A DNA stretch of 64,000 nucleotides, from positions 5,952,001 through 6,016,000 of the forward strand of contig CM119372.1 in assembly GCA_051294905.1 (NCBI GenBank), in the 5' to 3' direction. Below, one piece after another: positions 24,601 through 39,600 of the stretch; the stretch's first letter is position 1, and each line of letters begins with the position of its first letter. Source of the DNA: Botryllus schlosseri (taxonomy: Eukaryota). The translations under genes and the position numbers were made by a program. Under the pieces are notes generated by a model. The model was given only the letters and a program-made list of their open reading frames with translations. It searched no databases and was not told the DNA's origin.

Positions 24601-27600
24601 AATACAGATCCCATTTCGTGGAAACTTATTTGGTAATTTGCATGGAACTCTCCAACATCCTTTTCCCGCTTGACTCTTCTCCTTCAGAATAGCATATCCA
24701 TATGTTCCAACTTTGCAAAATTAATTAACCAGAAAATCGTGTAAGTTCAGTAGCCTATGTAGTCTTATGGACAACTTTTTGAAATTTCGATTCTACACGA
24801 CATCAATCTTCACAGCCATTACCTGTGGGACATTTCCGGACGTACCGAACGGGTTTATAGCAATTCAATGTGACAGTGGAAGCGAATACAATGAAACATG
24901 TCAAGTAACTTGTTTTGAGGGTTACTATATTAGCGGGGAAGAAAAGATAACGTGCGTCGATGAGCCTGTGTCAGATGACACAAACCCACAAGGCGAATGG
25001 AACGACGGTAACACAACGTGTACAGGTATATTAACTATATAAGGATATGATTATATATTCACAAAGTCTATGCAACACATTCGACCTCGTGTGCATGAAC
25101 GTAAAATGACGATAGTGCACTGTAATCATACAGGTTGGAAAATTTTACAAATTATTCTAGCTATGAAGTGTGGAGTTGCTCCTTATATTCCAAAGGAGAG
25201 TATAAGGAGGTATTCCCCTCTGATTACGAGGTCAATGCAACGTGCATTGTAACTTGTAACAATTGGTAATATCGGAATGGAAGTGACACAGCAGAATGTG
25301 TTGATGCCGACCTTGAGAGCAACACCAATGTTGATGGATAATAGAATTACGATACTGCATGTATGCGAAGATTGCGAACATTGTCTTTATATAGCGGTGT
25401 ACTTCCGAGTTAAGTTCAGAAGTTACATGTAATATAGCGATATTTAATTTGCACACTCATATTAATATCAACGAAAATGGGTAAAATATCGATCATATTT
25501 CATGATAAATTATTTGTTAACTTTGATAAAACTCTCTAACATCCGTTTCATGCTTGACTCTTTCTTCTCCGTAAAAATAGCATATCTATGTTCCAACTTT
25601 GCAGAATGAACGAAATAGAAAATTGTGCAGTATAGGCCTAATTCACTTCACGCGTTTTTCTTACTTATGGCTACGCGTAGTTACTGGCACAACTGATCTG
25701 TGCCATACTTTCCCAGTGCGTTCACAGTACACACCGGACATTTCATAGTTCACAGGTAATCCACTTATTGTTGACAGTGGAGTCGACAATCGATGCATAT
25801 TACATTTCATGTTATATATCGTTACCAACAATCTCCAAAGTTGAATGCGCATCTTACAAAATTCGATGTCGAAATGTGGATTCAAATCCTGCACTTAATT
25901 ATACTTTCCACCAACGTTCCTACTGAAATATAAGACACACTATTTACAGACATGCGCATTGCACATAACAGATGTAGTTAGCAGCAAAATAGCCTACATG
26001 TACCTGCGATTAGTCCTTGCTAGTGGGATAGATTCCGTCATTATAAAGTTTCGTTTGTTGTGTGGCGAGAATTATGCGAGTCATCAATTGTGCTGTGGCG
26101 CAAAATGGTATGATAAGCATTGTCCCAGGCCATGGCAATGCTGAGATCTCATAGAAGATATGAATTTTATGGTATTTGACCGTATACCTATTAAACTGCG
26201 TCAGGAATGCTCTTTAAACTTACGTCGCGGGATATAGTTGATTATACATATATTCGATAATAGTGTACCGTACTCTCTTGCCTTGAAACCGGTGGTTATC
26301 ATTATCCTGACTTTATTCAGCTGTGACATGTACTGAAAAACCTCACTTTTCTAATGGAACTGTCGATGCACCATGCCAGTCTAGCAGTATCTACGGTACC
26401 TCATGTTATATAACATGCAACGAAGGCTATTATCTGAACGGCACTGGAAATGCAACATGTGTCGACACTAATACAACAGATCATACAAACATGGACGGGG
26501 AGTGGAACTACGGAGACACTGCATGTATACGTAAGACGCCTTAGAGTTGTGTTTATAACAAAAATCAATTTAAAACAAACATGTTCTTGTTTAAACCATG
26601 CTTTTATTTTTTTCCCAAGCCCATGACGTCACGCATATTCAATTGTGACGTCATGGGGGATTGATATGCACAATTGAAAATATAGGGTAAATATAGCTCC
26701 TTTGACGAAATAGGCTTCCAACCCACGCCATATACCAGGGGTCGAGAACCTTTTTCGATCGAAGAGCCATATTGGCCAAATATTTTCAATTGTCTCTCCC
26801 AAAAGAGCTATTCATGTCAATCAAATGTTACGTCACAATTTTTATTCGTGGGCTAATACATGAGCCATATTTTTCTGCCCATGTACGTAAGTGGAGCCAA
26901 ACATGGTCACTACAGCAGTACATACGCACTGCAGGCTGTGATACGTCAGTGACGTGGCGTTAGGGGGGGTAAGTAATACAATGCTTTTCATGTCGTGCGG
27001 GACTAAGAGAAGGAAAATTGTGAAACCTTCAATGATTTTTGGCATTTTCGATCGGTGTTATGACTGATTAGATTTTGAGCATTTTTATTGCCAAAATCAC
27101 AGAATTTCCATGTTTATTGTTCGGAAATAAATCGCAAAAGAACAGGTACAGATGAGGCAGAGACGGTCCAGGCCTCATCATTGATAGCGCAACTTATCGT
27201 AAATAGCTTAGAATTTCTAATCACTGCTATTTGTCGAATGTAATTGTCGCGTTGGTTCCGAAAATCAGAATATTGATCAACTTCTAAAGCATTCGGCGTA
27301 ACATAACGTTGCGCTACACACCTATTTTACGGTGGTGCTAGAAAGCTACTTAGCAATCAAGAACATGGATAGATATGGCGTTCTTTTTAAATAGAATGTG
27401 TAATTGTGAATGTCACTTCTAAGTCAGTTTATTTCCCGGCGTTGAAAAGGAAGACAATGTGTAAGTGAAACTGCATTATCCTACAAGCGTCGCCATGTCA
27501 GTTATTCTCTTTGATCATCAAGGTATCGTGCAATCCAAGATTTCGAGGTGCACGATGGAGGGTATATCGAATTCGCGAGTGGTGTTAGTCGCCAGCGCAA

Positions 27601-30600
27601 CAGCAACTTAAATTTCAGAATTTTGTAAAGGGGTGACGAGTCCCTAATCTTGTATGCTCCGCTGTCTTGACCTTTCCAAGACCTGTTCATGCTGCTACGA
27701 AAATAATTATCCTGCCCACCATGAAAATTTTCTGACAAGTTTCGGCAATATCGATAAATCAAGTACATATTTGTGTCGCGAGCGTTACGAAATGCGCGAA
27801 TGTATCAGATAATCATGTCAGATTAGTAAGTATCAATTAGTCCAAATGTTCGTACCTTAGTAAGATAATCTTCACAGCCATTACCTGCGGCACATCTCCG
27901 GAAGTACAGGGCGGGTACATCGCAGATGAATGTGACAGTGGAAGTCTAAACGATGCTACATCCTAAGTAACCTGCTATGATGGTTATTATATCAGGGGGG
28001 ATAAAGTGGTCACGTCGATATACCTCGTTCAGATGATATAAACGAGAATGGGAAATGGAACTAATATAAATATAATAAAAAATAATATTTAACGTCGTCT
28101 CGCGCTTTTTGAATTCAACATACCCCCATTGATGATAGTGAAATATTTTGCACCTCCCCTATCGCCATACCACAAAAATATTTATAAGAGCAACCAGAAT
28201 GTTTGCAATGCCAACGCATTGTTTGTGGCATTGAAGGTGCAGTGTGACTGTCGTTGGCAAACGCGAATATTGCAATAATTTGATGACTACATTCATTGCA
28301 GTATAATTTACTTCACGCGTTTTCTTACTTATAACTAGGCCTACGCATATTTACTGGTACAGCTGATCTGTGCCATACTTTCCGAGTGCGTTCACAGTAC
28401 ATACCGGACATTTCATAATTCACAGGTAATTCACTTATGGTTGACAGTACAGACGACAATCGATGCATATTACATTTCATGTTCATTAAGTTCGTGACAG
28501 GGGTTCTAAAACTACGGTACGCATATCCTTAAGTAATTTCGGGGGTACGCAAGCAATTTCATGCTATGACTAATTGGTAAATTTTCTTACTTAATTTTAG
28601 CTATGAAGTGTGGAGTAGTTCCGAATATTCCAAACGGAGAGTATAGGGAGGGATGCTCTGATAATGTGGTCAATGCAACGTGCACTATAACGTGTAACGA
28701 TGGGTATTATCGGAATGGAAGTGACACAGTTAACTGCACTGATCCCGACCTGGAGAGCAATACCAATATGGATGGAGAATGGAATTACGATACTGCATGT
28801 ATACGTGAGTTGTCCTTATATAGCGGTGTACTTCCGAGTAAAGTTCAATATTGCAATATTTGATTTGTACACTCGTATTACTACCAACGAAAATTGGTAA
28901 AATACAGATCCCATTTCGTGGAAACTTATTTGTTAATTTGCATGGAACTCTCCAACATCCTTTCCCGCTTGACTCTTCTCCTTCAGAATAGCATATCTAT
29001 ATGTTCCAACTTTGGGTCAAATATAGATCCTATTTCGTGAAAAATTATTTGGTAATTTGCATGGAACTATCCAACATCCTTTTCCCGCTTGACTCTTCTC
29101 CTCGACAGTAGCATATCTATGTTTCAACTTTGCAAAATGAATGAAACAGAAAATCGTGTAAGTTCAGTCGCCTATGTAGCCTTGTGGACAACTTTTTCAA
29201 ATTTTGATTCTACACTCCATTAATATTCACAGCCATTACCTGCGAGACATCTCCGAACGTACCGAACGGGTTTATATCAGATGAATGTAACAGTGAAAGC
29301 GAATACAATGAAACATGTCAAGTAACCTGTTATGAGGGTTACTATATTAGCGGGGAGGAAAAGATCACGTGTGCCGATGAGCCTGAGCCAGATGACACAA
29401 ACCCAGAAGGCGAATGGAACTACGGTAACACAACGTGTACAGGTATTAACTGTAATTACGGAGATATTTATTTTCATGTTCACAGTCTCTCCTAAATAAA
29501 CTTTGCCTGCTGAAATAATATTTAAATACGCTATATTCTAACTTAAATATAGGACTACCATCAATGATGACTTTACCATGTACAAAAACAAAAAAATGAC
29601 GAATTAGCATGATTCCCGGACTGATGTATACTTATTCTTTTTATAGCTATGAAATGTGGTGAACTTCCCAATTTTCCAACTGGCGATTTTGGTCCTGAAT
29701 GTTCTCCTGGTAGTAATGTCAATACAACGTGCAACATAACCTGCAAGGATGGTTATTATATGAATGGTGGTGACACAGCAACATGTGTTGATGCCGACTT
29801 GGCGAGTAATAACAATATGACTGGACAATGGGATTATGATACTACATGTACACGTAAGTCTTTTAGGCTAAATTCAGAGTGAAGTTCACATGTAGCATGA
29901 ACGATTGCATTTTCTATTTGACACATTTAAACTCATTTCACCGAAAAGGGATCAATATGCGGATATCATTTTGGGAAAGGGTAATTTGCTTTGCAAAGTT
30001 TTGTCATTGGCAACACTAAAACACCTTTAGTATGCGCCGATCGTTTAAGACCCCTGGTATCGATCATCGTCCATAAATACTGAAATCCGGCGTTATTTTA
30101 TATTGATCGAAATGCGGATATAATTTGGGGAAAGGGTAATTTGCTTTGCAAAGTTTTGTCATTGGCAACACTAAAACACCTATAGTATGCGCCGATCGTT
30201 TAAGATCCCTGGTACCGATCATAAATACTGAAATCCGGTTATTTTATATTGATCGAAGTGATTCCCAGACCTTTATCTATCCGGAAACATACTTGCTATA
30301 AATTGCGTCTGCTAGCCTATTTGAAACCTTGGCCTTAGTTGAACACCAAGAAGTTTCTAGGAATTCAGTCAAGGGTGATAAGTACGGTGATTTTCTACCT
30401 AAAAACGGAAGATTTTGACCTTGGAAAATCTCAATTACGGCCGAATTTGACCTAACCCGTGCAAATTAGGTGTTTTCACACATAATGTTAGAATCGTAAT
30501 GCTTATCTTCATTTCTGGTTGGAGCTGTCTGTCCTTACGAAGTAGTTTAACCTGAAAAAAAATTTACCCCAGAAACGGACAAATTTTGACATGAAAAAAC

Positions 30601-33600
30601 TTTATTTTAATGAAATCTGTCCCTATATGAAGAATTCCAGTAGTTACATTACGCATTATGGTAGAAATAATTTAATAAAAATTTTAGCACAACAAAAGAT
30701 ACTTTCTTACATTATCGGGTAGAAGGTCCTTACTAAGTAGCTTGCCAAGAATGGACAAAGAACGGTCAACAGCAGCAGCAGCAGCAGTTGTTGGCTGACA
30801 ACACCGAAGGTGTGCGTACACTGCTGGTGATAAACCGTGCTGCTTCATTCTGGCAATGGTGCCTACATCACAATTTTCATCACGCTCATCTTGATATAAG
30901 AACCATGCAATGCTCACGCAGTCTTGCTTCAGTTGGGATATTGCGGTACGTTGAGCATAACACCATGTCAACCTATTTGTTTCATGGGAATATTTATGAT
31001 TCACAATGAGCAAACAATGGGCCGTCTGCAACGGTAGACCTATAAAGTAGGCTACAAGCTGTAAAATGTCAAAGGATAAGTTCACCGACAGTTCAAAATC
31101 TACGATACGAACGAAATGCAGGTGGCAAATAAGTTTTAATTTTGACATTTTTTGACCTAACGCTACAATTTTGACTTTTTGTGACAGGTAAAAAATCGAG
31201 TTAGGCCAGTTTTTCTTAACCCAGTGACCACCAGCGCCACCCTTAACTTGTACGAAGTCACCTTCAAAAATGGATTGACTTGACTTGACTCGAGTCAAAA
31301 TGTGAAGTGACTCGAGGTGACTCGTGACTCGAAGGTAGTGACTTGATCCCAACACTGACGCAGACGATTTCGAAATAAGAGATATTCATCCGCTCACATA
31401 TGCCACCCATAATATTTACTGTCCACGTAATAATATTCAATGTCATCATCATCATCATTGGTTTATTAGCAATTTTATCAGTTCAATACACCACAAAAAT
31501 GCGATACAATGAAAAGAAAGGAAGATGTCGAAGCGACTAGGAGTTGTCTATGGAATCGGACACCCACCTTGGCCTAGGCGATGTAAAGAGGAGGCATGCA
31601 CACTGAATGAAAGTAAAGAAGATAGTATAGAAAAAGGAAGCGACAAGAAATAGGGCGGCATTTCAGGGGAAGCGAGATCGATAGGTCAGTCGTGGTCCGG
31701 TAATTTTGAGGATGGACTGTATTTATTTAGTAGTAATTGCTTGTATTTCGACTTGAATGTGGACATGCTCGTCGACTGCCTGATGGCCGGCGGGATACTG
31801 TTCCACACATCAGGTCCGGCATATTTGATAGAGCGATGATCTTTTCGGTCGATCATATGATATTTGGACGACGTGGACGCGCGTGTGTTGTACTATGTGC
31901 GCTTCGAGATTTGACAGATTTTGTCGGATGTTGATGTGCAATGCGAACGCAGGGATATATATGCTGTACAAATCTGGTAAATTTACAAAGAAATTTCTGC
32001 AACATATACATCATACAGAAACATCTATCAACACATACGGTCCCTTTCTTTCTTATCTAATTTCGTATAAATTGATAGTTTTTCTTCCATGTGTGGTTCA
32101 CTACTTACTTATCTAACCGGACGCTGCTTGTGATGTCACAGTTACGCCTTAGTTGTTTACTACGAGTCTCAGAAAAACCCGCAACGCGTAACCTCAAGGT
32201 AACCTATTACAGGTCGTCGTATCCGCCATTAACAAATGGTCAACTGAGCCTGCGGTGCTGATATTCCTAGTTTCAGGAATAAGATGGTATATCCTAAACT
32301 GATTTTCTAACTTATCAACCCTATCTGTGACAACAAGTCTAACCGCCGTGGCGAGATAGCGCAGCGGTATAATCCGCGGCTGCAACACCAATGGGTACGG
32401 GTTCGAGTCCGACCGAGGTCGACTTCCGAATTCCGATACCTAAGTGTTGGAGGTTTACCTAGGCTCCTCCTCGCCACCTCATCCGCGTCAGCGTTGTCTT
32501 ACAAAAGCCTAGAGGTGGGCCGTGCTATAAGTCGGCAGTTACGGAAAATAAGACGAATATCGGCCTGGTGTAAATGACCATAGTAGTCGATAAACACCAT
32601 GAATACCCCAAAACAAACAAACAAGTCTAACCGCCGAGACCGACCGTGTAGCCATTGCCTTATAATATAATGGCTATGGTGTAACCCCATTAGCTACGAT
32701 TTTCAGTTGTTTCTTGTACCCAACTATGTACTATACCGAAATTGGTACTTGGTCAACCAGTTCCGCATGACCTACACCTGTTTTGCGAACGAGGTTGAAT
32801 CAGGTCAAATCGCAACGAAAATGATGTCAAAGACACAGAGACATTCAGTTCCGCGTATACAATGGCTTCTGGGGTTCGGAAGCTAATCAATTTTGCCAAT
32901 AGCCTGGTAAAATGCAGTAGTGAGTAACTGTCAGTAATCTTGCGATGAAATTCTGGTAACTTGACTTTGCGGCTAAATTAAGTTAATATTACATATCAAC
33001 AACAAAAAAGTGGCGAGATAGCGCAGTGTCATAATCCGCGACTGCAACACCAATATGTGCGGGTTCGAGTCCGACCGAGGTCGACTTCCGAATTCCGATA
33101 CCTAAGTGTTGGAGGTTTACCTATAGGCAGCACCGTAACTGCCGCACCCCAAACCCCCAATTGGGGGGGGGGCCGAGCTCGATGGGGGGCCCAAAAATAT
33201 TTCGTGAATTAGCATAAATCATAGAGTATTTTTTTTAAATAGATGCAATTTTTTAAAAAAAAATTTCGCGCCGCGCGCGAATTCACGTAGCCGTTTATCT
33301 GTCTTATTGGGTATTGGGCCATTACCGCGCCACGACCCACCAAGACATACAATCAAGTTTTAGGCCATATAACATGCGACTCCAAGAAGTGTGCCAGAAC
33401 GATTGGCAGCGAGAAAAGCTTGGTCGAAAAGGTCTATGCCCTTATGCAGATCAAAGACTTCGCTATATATACAAAATACATATAGGTTTAATTGTCCATA
33501 GGCACCTAAATGACTGGCGCCGAATGTTCCTGTCTTTGCAATCTGAACCTCACAAGACAAATACCATCCCGCTGGGAAAAATTTTATGCCAGTGAAGAAA

Positions 33601-36600
33601 TACCAATTTGAAATCGTGTGCTTCTCTTAGTTTAGAAGCCTACGTTTGGGCGGTTCTATATTTTCTGATATAGCAGACTGGAAGTCACGAAATAACATCA
33701 TGTAACGAAGTCATATCAACGGTTCCGCCCGCCCGAAGATGTTTAATCATTATTTACGAGCCCTCCCGTTTTTAAGACACTTCACTCAGCTCTACCGGTA
33801 AATCTAATTACGTGAGTATAGAAGACAATAAATTGATAGCATATTATATATGCAGTCGCCGATCTGATTTACCGATTTTATCATAAATTATCGAAAATTT
33901 TCGCGCTTGGCGCTGGCTCTCAATACAGTACGGGTAATTTCGTGACAAACGTGAACAACGTGATGGGGGGTCGTTTTATCACCCTATGGGAGCCCAAGAC
34001 CCACGTTCTTGGAGGCCTGACGAGGTGCTGTTTCGTTCCTGCCAACGGGTATACGCCCGAAGATGTTTAATTATTATTGAGTGGTCCTACCATTTCAAAC
34101 ACACCTCACTCAGCTCTACCGGCAAATCTGATTACGTGAGTAGAGAGGGCAATATATTGATAGCATATTATATATGCAGTCGCCGATCTGATTGACCGAT
34201 TTTATCATAAATTATCGAAAATTTTCGCGCTTCGCGCAGGCTCACAATACAGTACGGGTAATTTCGTGACAAACGCGAACAACGTGATGGGGGAGGGGCG
34301 TTTTATCACCCTATGGGAGCCCAAGACCCACGTTTTTGGGGGCCTGACGAGGTGCTGTTTTGTTCCTGCCAACGGGTATACGCCCGAAGATGTTTAATTA
34401 TTATTGAGTGGTCCTACCTTTTCAAACACACCTCACTCAGCTCTACCGGCAAATCTGATTACGTGAGCAGAGAGAAGATAAAAATTGATAACAATGTATG
34501 CAATTCCCGATCATACTGACCGATGAAATCATGAATACTAGAAATTTTGCGCGCTTCGCGCGCTCAGGCGACTAAAGCTGATTCACTAAAGAAACTCCCA
34601 ATGAATATGATGAATAGTGGTAAACAGTGTATCGCCGGAGGGGGGTCTGGGGGGCGAAACGTTCGGTCTATAACACTCTGGGGGGCCCAAGACCAACGTT
34701 TTTTGGGGGGCCTGACGAAGTGCTGTTACGGCCCTGCCTATAGGCTCCTCCTCGCTACCTCATCCGCGTCAGCGGTGTCTTACAAAAAGCCTAGAGGTGG
34801 GCCGTGCTATAAGTCGGCAGTTACGGAAAATAAGAAGAATATCGGCCTGGTGTAAATGACCATAGTAGTCGACAAACACCATGAATACCCCAAAACAAAC
34901 AAACAAAAACATATCAAAATGTAAAATTACAAGCTACATGCAGCTATTGGCCGCGACCGGTAATTTGTTGTATATTTTGCTGAAATTTCTTTGTAAATCT
35001 ACCAGATTTGTACAGCGTATATATCCCTGCGTTCGCATTGCAAATCAACATTCGACAAAATCTGTCAAATCTCGAAATTTTTCATCGCGCTAGACGCGAA
35101 TTGTGGGTCGTCATTCCTTGCAACATGTTTCCATGAATGCAGTGGTTTATTATAATTCATGTAAAATTAATTGCGCGTGATTTTAGATCGCCAATTACCC
35201 GTTAAAACACCCCCGTCTCGCTAGCTCTGGTTATTTTCCACATCATGTTTCAAACAAGGTATTTTATCCCCCAGCGCACAGCCTGTCGAAATGAAGCTTT
35301 TTGGTCAAAATGATTAACTAAATATATTTGTATTTTAGAGCTACAATATTAAATCTTCAGAATATTTCTTCATCTTATCATTGAGGATGATGCAGTTTAG
35401 TGTTGTGACACGCAACCTCACATGAACATTATATAATATGACCGACCGGACTTCGAACTCTTACCCCTTTTTTACTTCCATCCTTAAAATATGGGGGCGG
35501 CAGATATAGGCAATTTTTGAAAAGAGGTGCTGCAGGAAAAAAGGTCAAGAACCACGAGTTAGGCTGATGCAAAAATAGTATCAAGTAGATAGAAGCTGTG
35601 GCTTTTACAGATGTAGATATTGTAGGGTGGATGGTCCTTTCGTATAGTAAGGTCAATGGAACGTCCGTCATGACCTGTGACGATTGGTATTATCGAGGCG
35701 AGAGTAATAAGGGGCCTAACGACCTATGTCATATTTTGCCTCATCAAAATATCTGCGTATCCATGCTAGTGCTAATGAAATCATTAAATATCTCTATAGC
35801 GTAACGTGGATCTTCTAGTGTGTTAAATAGTCCCACCATCGCATTGCGAGTTAGGTAAGGGGTCGCCGACCTACGACCCGAAAGCCGCGTGCGGCTCGTT
35901 CACGCAACTGCATCTGCATGCTGCGGATTTCTAGCTTTAAAGTGAACTCAATGTACTTCGTATAATTTTTATGAAATATTGCTTCGCCAGTGATTTGTTT
36001 TCCTCAAGAACGTGCTCGTTCATTTTTATGCTGTTGCAAAGTAGACTAACTAGCATAGTATTGTCGCGCTTGTCACTCGCCGATGGTACGTGGAATTTCC
36101 ACTCGCAATGTGGGCCTAGATAACAACTGCCTCAGTGCAGTGATATCTTGGTAGCTGGGTTACTGTATTTGTTACATTAATATGTTGCAACTATGATGAA
36201 AAATTGGAAAGATATTCTTCAGCATCGAACCAATTCAGCAATTCTAAGATTTCATTCGCCAGTTGAATTGCCACCGAACTTCAACGATAAGTCATTATTA
36301 GGGCGGTTTTTTTGACATGTCAAAAATAGGAAAAAATATTTCAAAAATTGTAGCGCTAGGAATCATAAACGGCATAATGAAACAAATAGGTTGGCATGGT
36401 GTTATGCTCAACGTACCGCAATATCCTGACTGGAGCAAGTCTGCGTACGCAATGGTCATTGGTTTTTATATCAACAAGCGCATGATGAAAAATTGTGATA
36501 TAAACAAAATAGTCAGAATGAAGCAACACGGTGTGTCACCAGCCGCGTACTGTACACACAACTTCAGTGTTGCCAGCCAACACTGCTACTGTTGAACGTT

Positions 36601-39600
36601 CTTTCTCCGTTCTTGGCCAACTACTTAGTAAGGACAGACACTCTCTACCCGAGAATGTAGGAAAATATCTTTCGTTGTACTACAACAAATTTAATTAGTT
36701 CTCCCATAATACGTGATATAACTACTGGAATTCTTCATAGGTCCAGATTTAGTTCAAATATACTTTTTTCATGTAAAAACTTGTCATGTTCAAGTCAAAA
36801 AAATTAGTTCAGGCCTAACTACTTTGTAATGACAGGCAGTTCCAACCAGAAATGAAGATAAGTAGTACAATTAGAAGATTTGTGGGAAGTAACTAATTTG
36901 CATGCGTGAGGTCAAAATTTGGTCAAAATTAGGTTATTTAATGTAAAAAAATGTAAAAACTTTGATTGTTTAGGTCACAATCTTTTGTTTTTAGGTAATT
37001 AGGTCGCCCTAGTCATTACACAAGAACTACATAGGAGTGGGACTTCTGTCATTCAGCAAAAGTCATTCCCCAAATTTATTGCATTATGTCAACTTTATTT
37101 CTCTATAAAGGGGATTTTCTGGACAGGTTAAAATTGAATTCATTGAACCCTCGCGCTGCGAACGAGATTGTAAATTAGCTCAGAGCAATCACTCATTTAT
37201 ATAAGTCATAGAATGCCATCATATCATGTATTGATCTAGAGCAGACTCTTAGGTACTATATAGAACAGTGGTTCCCAGCGTGGGCGATATCGCCTCCCAG
37301 AGGGCGATTTTGAGAAACAAGGGGGTGAAAATACCAAAGGGTCGACTGGGGGGCGAAAATGTTAGAACGTCCAGTGAGGTATATTTAATTAACACTGTCA
37401 AAAAATACATGTTTTGACGGTTTATTCTGCATATGACGCGAAAAAAGTCACCTCAATAGAAAGTAGACGCGGAAATCGGGTTTCGAGCACCTACCACCTC
37501 GGAAAATGGCCTTTTTTCAGTAAATTCTCCAGCGATCAGACCTAGGTGAATACTTTACCCGATTATATGTCCTCTTTTTCGGATACGTAAGTATGGGAGC
37601 GGAAATTTGTATCGAGGTGGATAAGGGATCGATTAGTCGAAAAAGGTTTGGAACCACTGATATAGAATTTACTCCGTAACAATCAATGTAATGTAATAGT
37701 GTTCTGGTCAATTTTTCTTTTAGTCATTGATATTATTTACTCTATAGCGTACATGGTGCTGAATATTGACACCCAAAGCTCCGCGGTGAAGGGGATGGAT
37801 ACTAACTTGACAGTGCGGATTAACTCTAGTCCTGACGGTCTTCCTGTTGATATCTCGGTTTTCGTGATCTCTTCGCCAAACAATACCTTGAATGGAATGG
37901 CGTTGGAGCAGTATTCTTACAATGATGATGACGGTTTTTTTACATACGGCATCACCATAACGAATGTGGTTGAATCAGACGAAGGGAGTTATGAATTCGA
38001 ATCATCTGCAAGCTCAGAATCTGAATCTGATGTATATCCAAATATATCTTTTTCGGGGATGCAATATCTGTACGTTCAAGGTATGTCAAGAAAATTGCGA
38101 ACATTAACAGGAAGGATTGTTCGGTTCATGTATTTCAATTTACAGTTATTCCGGAAAACTTCCAATTTTATATTAACGAGACGGGGGTAAATGAGGATAT
38201 CACATACGTGAGAGGAGACCCTAACAGCAACGTAACATGTAGAGCTGACGGAAAACCGGAACCTGATTATAATTGGAACACATCCGATGCAACAAGCCTA
38301 CCCGATGGAGTTTCCACAAATAAGCAAATTTTAAATCTCGAGAAATCGTACTTTTCGGATAATGGCACGTACGTCTGCGGTGCATCAAATAATGTATCCA
38401 AAGAATACAACCAAACTCCAAATCGCTCGTTATACATTGAAATCGAAGGTAAGTGTCAAGAAAGTATCTAAATATACGGTACTGCTCGTATTATCTCGTG
38501 TGTGCGCTATGCGCTTACCACTTATTGCTTTAACTGCATTACAACGGACAAATAAATATTAACTTAAAATCTAATATTCGTACACGTATATTCTATGATG
38601 AATTTTGTATATTGGGATTTGAATCCGGATGGGCAAAATCAGTGGTTCCCAAAGTGGGCTATAGTACACCTCGGCGTATTTTGAGACATGAGCTAAGACA
38701 ACGTAGGTCGAGGTTTGGGGGCGTAAACATACGAAGGGGCGATAGGTGGGCAAAAATGATGGGGCTTTCAGTCATTTATATTTAATTAACTCATTGGATT
38801 GCGGCCAAGTTTCATATAATCGATTGAGGTTGATATAAATCCGACTCAATGCTTGACACATCCAGCTCGCAAGTGGGGAAAAGGATCAAATCAAGAAAAT
38901 TTGCTTCACGTTTCACCACTTAAACTTATTTATGAATTCCATCAACTTCGTAGAAGTGCAGCCAAACCTACGTCACTTTGCAATATTAAGCATGAAAAAA
39001 TATTATTTTAATTAGTTGAAGTAGAACTAATATACGAACAAACCTACTTGAGTGAGTGAAAAAATTAGATAAACCTTGATTCGTACGGAAAAGTATTACT
39101 TCGTTACTGATGACCTTAAGCTTTTAGGCGATAAAGATACAGCGAGCTTGATACGGGGGTAATGTGTCAAAATAGCTTAATAACCAGTCGACCAAATTCT
39201 AAGAAGCTAATGCTATATCTGTATTACGTCTGTGAATTCTGTTAGGAATTCCGGTTATTATTTCCGAAAATCAAAAACTTCCGCTGAATGACGATTTCCA
39301 CTTGCAATGCTTGATGGACGCTAACCCGATGCCGAGCATGGTTACTTGGAGTACTGGCGGGGAGGAATATGATGACAGTGAAGATGCATTCGCGATTGCC
39401 TCAAATGTTGAGAATCGGGAAAACGGGAGCTACTATCAGTATCAGAACTCACTCACTTTATACTCGCAACTATGTGTCGGCAATCAGACCGTTGCATGCA
39501 AGCCGTCCAATACCATTGGAGAAAGTGGAACGTCAGTCACGTATACACTAAATGAAGGTAATTGCCACCTAGCAGAAAAAATGTACAGCAATGTGCATAA

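Larger units (their letters stand above)
21243..29450 (+). repeat. Tandem segmental duplication of a sushi block: about 21243-25035 and 25812-29450
   Basis: Long near-identical exon and intron sequence (for example ttatatatcgttaccaacaatctc at 21243 and 25812); an extra partial copy lies at 25161-25800. Confidence 0.92.

Noticed and set aside
30684-31355. 223-aa minus-strand ORF as a gene
   Set aside because: Chance read-through of two transposon remnants; only the hAT dimerisation fragment is recognisable.
32349-32425. tRNA gene (A/B boxes, GCA loop); second copy at 33010
   Set aside because: No acceptor-stem pairing; continues into a SINE body with tail and TSD.
37699-37747. Hydrophobic ORF start [13 protein letters not shown] as a signal peptide
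   Set aside because: It is the polypyrimidine tract before the acceptor at 37747; the ORF has no ATG start.
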